A DNA stretch of 63,957 nt, filler included, from Neolecta irregularis DAH-3 (lineage: Eukaryota): assembly GCA_001929475.1 (NCBI GenBank). It is 8 parts of 8 records of this genome, joined end to end, with 100 filler letters (N's around TTAATTAATTAA, not from the genome) between each part and the next. Parts side by side here need not be neighbours in the genome. Positions count along the whole stretch, not along the records: positions 27,513 to 48,773 come from LXFE01002745.1; positions 48,874 to 51,001 come from LXFE01002771.1; positions 51,102 to 53,618 come from LXFE01000245.1; 5 more parts are not named here. One strand, given 5' to 3'. The notes beneath the pieces were generated by a model. It worked only from the letters and a program-made list of their open reading frames with translations. It ran no database searches and was not told the origin of the DNA. A program made the translations under genes and the position numbers. Position 1 is the first letter of the stretch. Each line of letters opens with the position of its first letter. This document shows, piece by piece, positions 41,603 to 52,739 of the stretch.

Positions 41603-42263
41603 TCAAGAGCGAGTGAATATACCTATGAAAGAACCTTCAAGAGTTGCCTCAGGCGTCTGGTTAATGGGAACCCGCTGCACTTTGGAGTTTACAAGGATCG
41701 GCCACCACGTGACAGTCCACATTTCAGTTTTGTCAGCCAACGACCAGTAACAATTTGACAAGAAAAGTATATGGTTCATGTCTCGTTCTTGACTGGACTG
41801 AATGTCTACGACTTTGAACATCTCAATTTTAATTGAACAGAATAGAAACGGTCGTGTCAAGTGTTTCCAGACTTGTTTACGACTCTATCATTAATAGGAT
41901 TCCGGATATTGCATGTGACAGTCATTTCCCAAAGAATATTCTCATCATAATGATCAAAACCGGTAAATAGTTTACCAGTGATTTGCATCCAGGCCTTTAC
42001 GGGTGTGCGACGAGGAGGGAAAGAAAGGGAAAGAAAGGAAATGTCAATTTTTGCATTTAGTTGATCCGGAATCTTCCTATCACCTCCTTTGAACTTTGCA
42101 AGTAGTATTAGAGCATGAAACCCCAAGATTGACTCGGTCAAGAATTCTGGTCGTGTGAGTAGTTAAAAATTAGTAGTCAATTTTGGGACTGTCATTTTTC
42201 TGCCTCGCCACCAAGACCGTACGCCTCTACTACATCACCAGTCGAGTATTCGCATCGCTTCAT
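41603..42263 (-). CDS. Possible small OB-fold protein (Ten1-like); tentative
   Basis: The spliced reading GDVVEAYG..AKIDISFL..VKAWMQITGKL..SIKIEMFKVVD resembles Ten1 beta-strand spacing, but it lies very close to the RPS17 start. Confidence 0.25.
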
Positions 42264-42296
42264 TATTGCGACGCATTTCACACAACAGAACTAATC

Positions 42297-42876
42297 ATGG
42301 TATGTTTTCTTTCATTAGTCTGATTTAAATACTTATAACTTTGCAGGGCAGAGTTCGAACAAAGACCGTCAAACGATCCAGCCGTGTGCTGATCGAGAAA
42401 TACTACCCAAAGCTCGGATTAGGTAAGATAATTTCCTTGGGCTACTTTGGAGAGTGATCTCTTAATATGTAGCTTGGATCAAGAGATACTGACTTGATTT
42501 AGATTTCCATACCAACAAGAAAATCTGCGATGAAGTCGCCATCATTGCATCAAAACGCCTGCGAAACAAGATTGCTGGATTTACCACCCATCTGATGAAA
42601 CGTATTCAGAAAGGACCTGTTCGTGGTATTTCATTCAAGCTACAAGAGGAAGAACGGGAAAAGAAGGACAGTTTCGTTCCACTACACTCTGCCCTCGAGA
42701 TTGCTGCGCAGACGCTTGAAGTTGACCAATGTACCGCGGATATGATGAAGGCAATGGGAGTATGTTGGCGTCTTGATCAAAGTCTGACTATGCAGTATGA
42801 AGGTATCACGCATACAGTTGTACCTGTTGCAGCCAATATTCAGCTACCCGAACGATTCCCAAGAAGAGCTCGATAA
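42297..42876 (+). CDS. RPS17: 40S ribosomal protein S17 (eS17)
   Basis: [74 protein letters not shown]; three introns. Confidence 0.99.
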
Positions 42877-43046
42877 GCATAGAATATATGGTCTTTGTGT
42901 AGTGAACATATCGTCTTTTGTCGTTCAAAAATGATTTGGTATTTTCTTCCGAATCCATACTGCATTCGGTATTTATCAGCCGAATATGGCTAGCAAAGAG
43001 GTCTCACATGCCCCTGACTGCTCTTTCTCTTCATTGTCTCCCGCGA

Positions 43047-43688
43047 ATGACTAGCTATTCCACAGATTTTATTCCTGCGTTGCCTCTAGACTTGCCGCAG
43101 TACCCTCTCGATAAACCTCAATCTCTGCCTCCAACCGGCTACCCCAATGGTCGCAATATGCGTAGACCACGGACACCCGGACAAGGTGATTTGCAGGATG
43201 GCACACATAAGCGGCAAAAAACGGCAGGCGCGTTTGGACTTGTTAAAGATGCCGTGGGTTGGATATGGAGGGGCATAGTAGGCGAACCGACTACTTCGAC
43301 CTCTTTGATCACCGTTTCGCCTTCCTCTTCTGCGTCCATTCAATTCAGCAATGACCAAATGCAAGTTTCTCCTGTCTCGGACCTTTCTGTTTCTCAGCCT
43401 GTGACGTCGAGATATGGTCCCACCCGACATATAAATCCACTACCCTCATCACCTAGACGCAAAAGAATAGTCTCTCTTCGCAAACCACCTCGGAAATCCG
43501 TCAAGATAAAACCACAAATCTCTAAAGATTCCCAAGAAGAACAACGATTCAGTAGAATCGAAAGAGAAATGGAACGTCTGATTAAACAAGGCAAAGAGGC
43601 ATTAGACTCTAAAATCGAAGTGGATATTGCAGACGTGGATGATACAGAGTTGGGTGACTATAGTCTTGTTGATCAGAGTTTCTGTTAA
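43047..43688 (+). CDS. Hypothetical protein
   Basis: ORF of about 213 aa, Ser/Pro-rich, with a C-terminal helical block MERLIKQGKEALDSKIEV. Confidence 0.55.
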   Translation: MTSYSTDFIPALPLDLPQYPLDKPQSLPPTGYPNGRNMRRPRTPGQGDLQDGTHKRQKTAGAFGLVKDAVGWIWRGIVGEPTTSTSLITVSPSSSASIQFSNDQMQVSPVSDLSVSQPVTSRYGPTRHINPLPSSPRRKRIVSLRKPPRKSVKIKPQISKDSQEEQRFSRIEREMERLIKQGKEALDSKIEVDIADVDDTELGDYSLVDQSFC

Positions 43689-43762
43689 TACTCTTGTTAC
43701 CTTGACCTTGAGGGGGTACAGAAAAACTACTGTACGAGATGTGATCTGATCTTTTTTCGCAG

Positions 43763-44196
43763 TTATTGAAAGCCTGTCCATAAAGCCTTGTGATAGTTTT
43801 TCGTTACAGTTGAATCACTTCCATATTCTTTTTGCCAGTTACTAAATCCACCTGCTAATATATATACTTTTTGCTCCGGGTTGTTGTTTCCAAGTTGTTC
43901 AAGGTAGCGCTTAGCAGCTGTAGGGCCGCGTTGTTGACTTAATAGACAGTGAAACACGACTTTTTTGCGGGGTAAAAGTTTATCGGTTAGTTGTGGAAAG
44001 GTTTCCGATAGTTTAGATGACGGGTAGTGGAGCGATTTACTAATGTGGCCGCCGATATAATCGTCATCTCGAACGTCGACTATGCAATCAAAAATATCCA
44101 TCGATAAGAGTTACCGACGACGACGTCAGATGTAGGATCTTGAAGCCATTCATATAGTTTCAAAGGCGTAATAAATTCTGGCAAAGGAATTTTCAT
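43763..44196 (-). CDS. Cdc25-like rhodanese-fold phosphatase (Ibp1/Ych1/Acr2 family)
   Basis: VDVRDDDYIGGHI, active-site VFHCLLSQQRGP (HCX5R) and ILAGGFSNW. Confidence 0.92.
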
Positions 44197-44417
44197 CCGA
44201 GTGAAGTTGGCTAGTTGAACCAGACGAACGGTCAAGAGGAACCCGATTCAATTTTATTGATGTCGTGGGAAAAAGAAATTCCAAACTACCATTCATTCAT
44301 CATTCCTCCAAAAAAAACCAAACGCATAAAATGAGAAAGGTAAAAAGGAAAATGCTCTATATCACGCGATACGCCAGCGACAGTGGAATAATAAAAAAAG
44401 AATGCCAGGGATGCAAA

Positions 44418-46355
44418 TTAGCCGACGACGCTGCCTGGTAAAGTTCCCTGTTCAACGTCTGCTGGCCGTCGATACGACCATCCGGTAAATCTATTATTGT
44501 CAAAATGGTGATATCAAAGAGGTAAAAATACTGTTCTTGGACCGTTTGACTTAGGGCATTGTCATCGACGACACTATCCATAGGCGGTAAATTTGTGAAA
44601 TCCGAATCAAAGTTGCTGGTGTCAACGGCACTGTCGACGCTAGGTTTCCAGGGGGGCTGTATCTTTTTTTGTATCAATTTCTTCCAATCGATAGAACTGA
44701 AAAACGGATGCGTTTTTATTTCTTGGGCACCATTATTCCCGAGCCTGTGGTTAGGATCACGATGTAGTAGCTGCAAATGAGTACAAATAACGATAAAGAG
44801 ATACCTTTGTAAGAAGATCTTTAGAGTCTGCCGACATGCCATCGGGGAATACAAGAGGCGCAGACAATATCTTCTTGTACATTTCATTTGTATTTTCGTG
44901 ATAAAAAGGAGGAAGACCAGTCAACATCTCGTACAACAACACACCGAGTGTCCACCAATCGACAGTCTTGGTATACCCTTGACCATGAAGAAGTTCCGGG
45001 GCAAGGTATTCCGGAGTTCCGCAAAAGGCTCTAGGTTAATATTGACAAAAAGAAGGAGGTACTATTTGTTCGATCTTGTTCCTTCATATTCAATTTACAA
45101 AGTCCAAAATCACAAAGAGCGATGTGTCCGGTATAATCGAGCATGATATTTTCAGGCTTTAGATCTCTATTGCGGTTATTGATTAAACAAAGAGGGTACA
45201 CACCTGTAAATGACATTGAAGACATGAAGACATTCCAACGCGATCAAAAGCTCCGCTGTATAAAACCGGGATCGATCCTCGCTGAATCTTCCTTCATTCT
45301 GCAAATGATGGAATAATTCACCGCCATTGACAAAAGCTAGTACTAGGTATAATTTCTCGGGAGATTGAAAGGAGAATTTAAGAGGGACGATAAATGGGTT
45401 ATTAATCTTTGCGAGAACGGTTCTCTCGGCAAGGGTGTGATTGACTTCTGATCTCGAGACGATATGTGCTTTACGTAGAGTTTTCAAAGCATAAATTCGC
45501 GAGGTATCGCGTTTCCGAACTTGCATGACCTTTACAAATCACTACGATCGGTTCCTGGGAAAATACCTTTCCAAAAGAACCCTTGCCTACGACTTTTAAG
45601 AGATCAAAGTGGTCGATTGTAAGAGGTTCGTTTGGATTCGGTTTGAAAGAGATTTTTAGATGGACGCTTCCACTTCCGCCGCTCAATGATACCCATTCAT
45701 CGGTAGAAGACTACAATTTAGAAACGAGATAAAAAGATATTAGAGATTACCGATTCCTGGAGAGTAGGAATAAATTTGAAGCCGCCGAGAAAGACGTCAT
45801 TGACGCTTTGGCGCTTGGAAGCAGACGGCGCAGATCGTAGATAAATTTGCAGCGATAATTGGGATTCGCGGGATACATCGCTGGAGGCAAGTCAAAAGAA
45901 GGGACCTAAATATAGTCATACAAGCTTCCAGTGTACCCCCATTCAGGTTCCTGGATACTGCCTTTGATGGCATCGACCAAGACTTCGTTCTTGTCAAATT
46001 CCATTACGACATAAGGGAGCAAAGCGGCTAACTGGCGGGACGACCTTGACTGGTGACCTCTGAAGAAGCTTGAAGAACTGCTTGGTCGTGCGGGGGGTTC
46101 AATTCCAGGCGGCAGAGTCAATCCTTTTGCGGACAATACGCCCACCGAGAGTAATCCCGGGTTTAATGAGTCTGTGAGGGGCATATGGGTGCTGGGTGTG
46201 ATTGTAGCCGTGGAAGAAGCACTGCTTCTAGACGAAGCTGGAGCGGGCGACAGCGAAGTTGCTTCTTTAAACTCTGAGACCAATGATTAGCCAATTTGCC
46301 GATCGTGCAAGGTCCAAATAGGACCATATATACTCTTGGTAAGTTTCCACGACAT
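44418..46355 (-). CDS. YPK1: AGC Ser/Thr kinase Gad8/Ypk1
   Basis: MSWKLTK start, C2-like region, [37 protein letters not shown] and hydrophobic motif FTGWSY. Confidence 0.96.
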
Positions 46356-46848
46356 AGTCCAACGGGGCGATATAGGGGGCGAAGGGGTAAGACGGGAAAG
46401 AGGAGGTTGGAGCGGAGAACAAATGTGCAGGTGCTTGTTTGATGGAATAGCCCTGGCCTCTTTTACACTCTTTACAAACGCCGAACCTTTCGTGAACCAC
46501 ACACGCTCACACGCACCACACAAGACGAGCCGGAAAGAGTGTGTCGCACACGCGCCTTTTGGCTCAAGTCTAGTGCGCTTACTTGTAGCATTCTAGATGG
46601 TGCAAAAGTAATTTATTCAGCTATCATTGTAATACCCAGAAACGTCCTTGAATAACCCCGTTGTAAAAGTCGTAGAATTCATTTGTAGCCGCTAGAGTAA
46701 AAGAAGGTGGCTGTGGGTTGTGGCGGCATATTACCGGAATTAGCCAGCAGATCAACGTCAATCGAACTTTATATTGCTCTTCTACTCCTCAGTCTACAGA
46801 TTCAAAATACAAGTTGACCATAGTCTCGAGGTTTGATGAGATAGAGGG

Positions 46849-48267
46849 ATGACTGTGATCCATAGGAAACAAGCCTCTTCTCGTAATCCTCTGAGCTGGA
46901 GGTGCTCTAATAGAGATAGTCCTTGAGCCTGGGGTCAAGTATTCGTGCGATGTATGCGCTGCGGATATCACGCGCTGTGTCCGTGTACATTGTGCCTCGT
47001 GTCCCGAATACGATATCTGCGTATTGTGTTTTTCAAAGGGTCAAGCAACTTCGGGGCATAAACCGAATCATTCATATTGTATTGTTGAACAACATTCGCA
47101 ACCGATATTTGAACTTGATTGGGGAGCAGACGAGGAGCTGCTGTTGATTGAAGGGTGTGAGACGCATGGGTTGGGGAATTGGGCGGATGTTGCGCTTCAT
47201 GTTGGAACGAGGACAAAAGAAGATTGCGAGGAGCATTATATCAACACTTTTATCAATTCAGCTACCTATCCGGATCCCGTACGTGTGTATTAAATTTGTC
47301 TAATTTCCAGCCGATGAGTCTGACGTTTGATATTGATCCACAGGCATTGGCAAGCAGGAAAAAGGCACGGTTGGAGGAGCACCGGTTGAAGAGCCAGATG
47401 CCGAGGGCTATATCTCAAAAGCCTATTGCTTCGGTGCCGCAGAATCACGAGATTGCGGGGTACATGCCTGGGCGATTAGAGTTTGATATCGAGTATGAGA
47501 ATGATGCTGAAATGAGTGTCAAGGACATGGCGTTTGACGAAGAAGGGGAGACGCCGGCAGAAGTTGATTTGAAGCTTGTTATTCTGGATATTTACAATTC
47601 GCGGCTGTTGAAGCGGGCTGATCGGAAGCGGGTGATATTTGAGCATGGGCTGGTGGAGAATAAGAAGAACCAAGCGGTTGAGAAGAAACGGTCAAAAGAT
47701 GAACGGGACCTTGTTAATCGGACCAAGCCTTTTGCGCGGGTGCTTGGAAAGCGGGATTATGAAGCATTTGTAGAGGGGATTATGAGTGGGCATAAACGGT
47801 ATTTCAAGGCTGATGTTTAGAGGAGCATATTTTGCGGAAAAGGATAGCGGAGCTCCAAGAGTGGCGGCGGAATGGGCTGACGCGGCTTGAGCAGGGGCAG
47901 CGGTATGAAACAGACAAGGCACAGCGGGTATGTGTTGTTGCGGCGATGCGGCTGACGGCAGCTGACGATCCTGCGGGCGCCGGTGCTGTCGCGGCGGGAG
48001 GTGACGCCGAAGCCGGCGCGCAAGCCAACGTCGCCGCTGAATGTGGGGAATGCGGCAGACGTGCAGCTGCTGAGCGAGGAGGAGCAGGAGCTGTGCAGCC
48101 AGCTGCGGATTCTGCCAAAGCCGTACCTTGCGATCAAGGAGACGCTTGTGCGGGAATATCTGAAGCAGGGGACGCTGAAGAAGCGGCAGGCGCGGGAGAT
48201 GATACGGATTGATGTGAATAAAACGGCACGGATCTATGAGTTTCTGAACTTTAAGGACGGGGAGTAG
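46849..48267 (+). CDS. ADA2: SAGA transcriptional adaptor Ada2
   Basis: ZZ finger CDVC..C..C..YDICVLCF, SANT WGADEELLL..GLGNWADVA, GYMPGRLEF..E.END and C-terminal SWIRM (LLS.EE..LC, IDVNK). Confidence 0.97.
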
Positions 48268-48329
48268 ATGTATATTGGTGTAAATGGTACTGTAGACTAC
48301 TGCGACACGACCTAAACCCCAGCCGTCTA

Positions 48330-48507
48330 TGAACGCAACTCCAAGAATTCCTCTGAACGCAACCCAGCCGCCTTGAACGCAACTCCAAGAATTCCTCTGG
48401 ACGCAACTCCAGCCGCCTCTGAACGCAACTCCAAGAATTCCTCTGAACGCAACTCCAGCCGCCTTGAACGCAATCCAGCCGCCTCTGAACGCAACTCCAG
48501 CCGCCGC
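48330..48507. repeat. Compound minisatellite: 8 units of 20-24 bp sharing the core TGAACGCAACTCC
   Basis: Tails alternate between AAGAATTCCTC and AGCCGCCT(C). Confidence 0.92.
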
Positions 48508-48591
48508 TGAACGATACAACCCCAACCATGGCCCATGAAGCTATATAACTCCACTACGCACCCCGACAGCGACCGACGCGATACTCCACCT

Positions 48592-48773
48592 ATGGACCCT
48601 GACAGCGACCCGATTGCTGCGCTGCGACGCACCCACGGGAGCATCGCCGCGGTCTACGCCCTGCTCGCCTCCCACGGCGTCCCCACCACGCTGGCAGCCC
48701 TCGCAGCGGCCCTGCCCGCACTGGCGCCCTCGGACCTCGCGGGCATCGCCTGCCTGCAGCCTGCCGCGGGTCG
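48592..48773 (+). CDS. N-terminal gene fragment truncated by a gap; resembles the Hrq1 helicase N-terminus
   Basis: LRRTHGSIAAVYALL..TTL..DLAGIACLQP resembles the recalled pattern of fungal Hrq1 N-termini; only 60 aa are visible. Confidence 0.35.
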
Positions 48774-48873
48774 NNNNNNNNNNNNNNNNNNNNNNNNNNN
48801 NNNNNNNNNNNNNNNNNTTAATTAATTAANNNNNNNNNNNNNNNNNNNNNNNNNNNNNNNNNNNNNNNNNNNN

Positions 48874-50317
48874 CTGGGGATGAAAAGAGTCGTTGTTGCT
48901 AATAGCTACGAGTCTGTGAAAGAATTATGGATTGATAACCAGAGAGGCTTGATTTCAAGGCCAAAGAATTATACCTTTCATAAAGTTGTGTCAATAAGCC
49001 AAGGTTTGTATTTAACTTTCCTACGATTGACAGCCAGGCTTCACTATTGGGACAAGCCCATGGGATGAAAGTTGCAAGAACCGTCGAAAGGTGGCCGCAG
49101 CAGCAGTGAATCGATCTGCAATCCAGTCGTATCAGTCTTCTTTGCTGGAAATATTGATCAAAGGTACCTTCATATTTTCGACTTTGAATCCTATGAAATA
49201 ATCCGTAATCTGTTTCGAGATTCGTGCAACGGTCGGAATGAAATCAATCCGAGATCTTACCTTTACGCATACGCACTAAGGAGTTCTTTATCAATAAACT
49301 ATGGAATAGAAATGAGGAGCTTAATTAATGACCTCGTCCCTGAAATTTTTCAAGTCGAATCTGAAATTTCTGGATTTCGGGGTATAACCAATAATTGGCA
49401 GGATTACATCCCGATTTTACGTCTCCTCTCTAGGAAGAATACTTTAGCAGCCCATTATCGAGCACGACGAGATAAATACATGAAAATTCTTCTGGACGGT
49501 CTCAAGTCCGCTATTGAGAAGGGCATTGATGGGCCTTGCATTGCCGGAAACATTTTAAAAGACCCAATTGCAAAGCTCAATTCAGATGAATTGAAAAGCG
49601 TTTGTTTATCGATGGTAGCGGCCCCGGGTGAGATTATTCCGGCTACAGTTATGCAAGGGCTTGGTTACTTGTCGTCATCCCATGGTCAAGAGATCCAAGA
49701 AAGGGCGTACCAGTCGATCATGGAAAATTATCCAAACGGCCAAGTGTGGGAGAAATGCATCCAGGAAGAGAAACTTCCATACATTGCCGCACTTATCCAG
49801 GAAATATTGCGGTATTATCCTGTTTCTCCATTGTCTCTTCCACGAGAAAGTATCAGCGATATAGTGTACAATGACGCAGTAATTCCTTCCGGAACGATGT
49901 TTTTGTTGAATGTTCAGGCCGCTAACATGGGTATCTATTCAGCTCAGGTTTAAGTTGAAGTTAGATCTAGAGAGATATCAGGATCCGGAAAGATTTGATC
50001 CTTGTCGATATTTGGACGAAAAGCCAAAGAAAGGATTTGTTGCGATTCCCCATTATACCTATGGTGCTGGATCTCGAATGTGTTTTGGAAACCATCTCGC
50101 GAATCGGCAGATGTTCACTTTATTCACAAGGATTATATCAGCTTTCAAGATATTTCCAGAGAAGAACTTTGATCCAGAAATACTCAATGCGGTTAGCTGC
50201 AACACAAATCATTCGTCAATCGTTGCGAAGCCAAAGGATTTCAAAGTTCAATTTGTTCCAAGGGATCAAGAGGCTTTGGAGGGGTGGCTTCGAAAGAGTG
50301 GGGAATGCCTCAAATAG
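48874..50317 (+). CDS. Cytochrome P450, CYP504 (phenylacetate hydroxylase)-like; 5'-truncated by a gap
   Basis: RVVVANSYESVKELW, LISRP..YTFHKVVS, GFTIGTSPWDESCK.RRK, CIAGNILKD, EILR, PERF and YGAGSRMCFG. Confidence 0.9.
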
Positions 50318-50710
50318 ATACGAGGTAAGTTTGAATAACAGGAAGGAGTATGCGGGATGAGATTGGTTGGCGAGTTTCATAGTTTATGTAGTAGGTAGCA
50401 CGCGAGTTGTGGTTGTAGAGTTTTATAGCAATTAGCATGACATAGTTTTGAAAAGAAACCCCAATTGTTAGGTTCTTTACTTGGATGCATAGAACATTTT
50501 CGTCCTCATTACAAGGAGCAGCTCTAGCACTACCTATAGAAAACTAATGTTGACCTATATAGAGGTAGACAAAGATCAAAGAAAAGAAACAAACAGAGGC
50601 CCTTAAATATCTTCCACAAGATTAATTGTATCATTTACGTACCGTGAAAATATAAAAGCGGGTAATTATTAGATAAGATATCAAATATTAGTGCTGATTC
50701 TGGCGTGTTT

Positions 50711-50925
50711 CTACGCAGCAACTACACAACCTTCACCCATGACGCGAGGGTACAGTCCGCGAGTAATGAAGTCTTTGAGCACACCATTGGCGAGTTCGGT
50801 GGAGTACTCGCGGATCTTGTACTTGAAGCCGGTTTCAGTTTCCACCCGCCGCCCATCTACGGCTATTCCATCCATTTTCACCAATTCAATACTCATATAG
50901 GGATTAAGCGGTGTGTTGCTAATGT
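50711..50925 (-). CDS. Unidentified C-terminal coding fragment next to a gap
   Basis: About 70 open codons with protein-like composition ending in a stop; family not recognised. Confidence 0.3.
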
Positions 50926-51101
50926 NNNNNNNNNNATAACCAGAGAGGCTTGATTTCAAGGCCAAAGAATTATACCTTTCATAAAGTTGTGTCAATAAGC
51001 CNNNNNNNNNNNNNNNNNNNNNNNNNNNNNNNNNNNNNNNNNNNNTTAATTAATTAANNNNNNNNNNNNNNNNNNNNNNNNNNNNNNNNNNNNNNNNNNN
51101 N

Positions 51102-51246
51102 TGCGTATTATGAAGGGGGTGATAATATGAAATGGCACGAGGGAGATTTGGTTGTGCACTTTGCAGGGTGTTGGGTGAATAAAAAGTGCAGTGTTTGGTG
51201 GAATGAAATGTGGGAGATAAGCCATTCAGTTGAATCAAATGATTGA
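51102..51246 (+). CDS. C-terminal part of a GT34 glycosyltransferase
   Basis: Not in the ORF track: AYYEGGDNMKWHEGDLVVHFAGCWVNKKC...*, containing the GT34 W..GD.VVHFAGC motif. Confidence 0.85.
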
Positions 51247-52739
51247 GTTCTGGTTCGTAGTGCTTTTATCATCGTACTGAAGATTAGTTGAGGCTTGAGA
51301 AACTGCACGATATATCCCTACTGTGCTCATCACGGTATGTTATCTTTCTTGATGAACACAATTCTGTTAAAGTGTAAGCTGGTATCCTGTTGTTTCAAAT
51401 AGTCTAGTGCGTGTTCCTAGCCTAAGTGCATTGCAGTGTTGTGGATGGGCCAAAGCCCATGGGCTTTTATGAGGGTCAGGCCTGGCCCATGGGACCAGAT
51501 GAAGCTATTCCGATCAGTAATTCCAAAGTATAAGGGATTGAAATAGTATCTGGACTTTGTAGTTGATAGTCAATAATACAGTGAAGCCAATGAATATGTC
51601 AGTGCGCCAAAGCCTAGTCCATGTTGTGTTGGTGAAAATGAGCTCCATCGTTGATATTGAAGATACATTTCATTGTTTCATATTGAACATGGTATCTAGC
51701 AGTCGTATCTCTATATACTGTCAACACTAATCGTCCATTCTTCTTGTCCACCAGTTTGATTTTCAGTCTAACCCAACCCTGATACTAACTTGCTCCAGCT
51801 CCCCATCAGCCCCCACGACTGCCCACATATCCCGTCGCTCCCACTGTCTGCTGCCGTGCCTGTGCGGCTCGGCAGGTCCTGCTGGTCAGTATGAGAATGG
51901 ACTTGGGTGGTGGAAACCCAAGTCGAGAGGCAGGAGCGAGCAGCGAGTGGACGAGGGCAGTTTGTGGTATAATAAGGTCTGAAGTTGAAGCCAAGCAGAG
52001 CCAACAGACGCAGCAGAATAGATATGGTGTATCTTATTAACATGGATGTTGTTGTACAGTGATAGCGGGGACATTTGAGCGCAGGTAGGAGACAAAGTGG
52101 CAGGAGAAGATGGCGTAGGGCAGCAGGGCGAGCTAGAAGGGGGCGGCGCGGCAAAAGACAAGGGTGAGGAGCAGGTACGATGTTTTAGCCGAGACAGAAG
52201 CGGGACAAGGCTGTATCCTGTTGTCAACTTATACCTGAAGTCAAAGAGGTGCAATATAGATCAAGATACCGCTGCTACCTCTACTCCCACCACCGCCACT
52301 GCCACTATTTTCATCACCGCTAAAGCCCACTTCAATTTGCCTCGCCTCTACAAGATTCCCTTAACCAAGTACCTTTTCTCTTCTACTATTTTTTCTTAAC
52401 TATTAACTATATATATGAATTATTTAGTCTGTCAGACCGTCCAGACCAACTAAATAAGTGCCAGTCTGGTCTGGTCTATTTGGACAGTCGATTAGGAATG
52501 CTGGTGCATGCTTACAGTCGCTTTGGTTCTCGTCTCATCTAGCATTTTCTCTGTGAAATCAGTCTACAAACTGGTATTCTATAAAGGCCATCATTACTTT
52601 TTTGTTTGTCTTGGACTAACGACTAGACTTGAACAACTGGCTCATCTAGTCCAATATTTGTGAAAATCAGCAACAGGTCTCCTCATGTCGCCCGCCACAC
52701 CTCTCCTCCTCTCCTATTCTATACCAGATATATACGGTC

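Noticed and set aside
42423-42502. Intronic box C/D snoRNA
   Set aside because: There is no proper RUGAUGA box C, the CTGA overlaps the branch site, and the intron is too short.
48330-48507. CRISPR-like repeat-spacer array
   Set aside because: The 'spacers' are only 7-11 nt and recur as two types, the context is eukaryotic, and there are no cas genes. It is a minisatellite.
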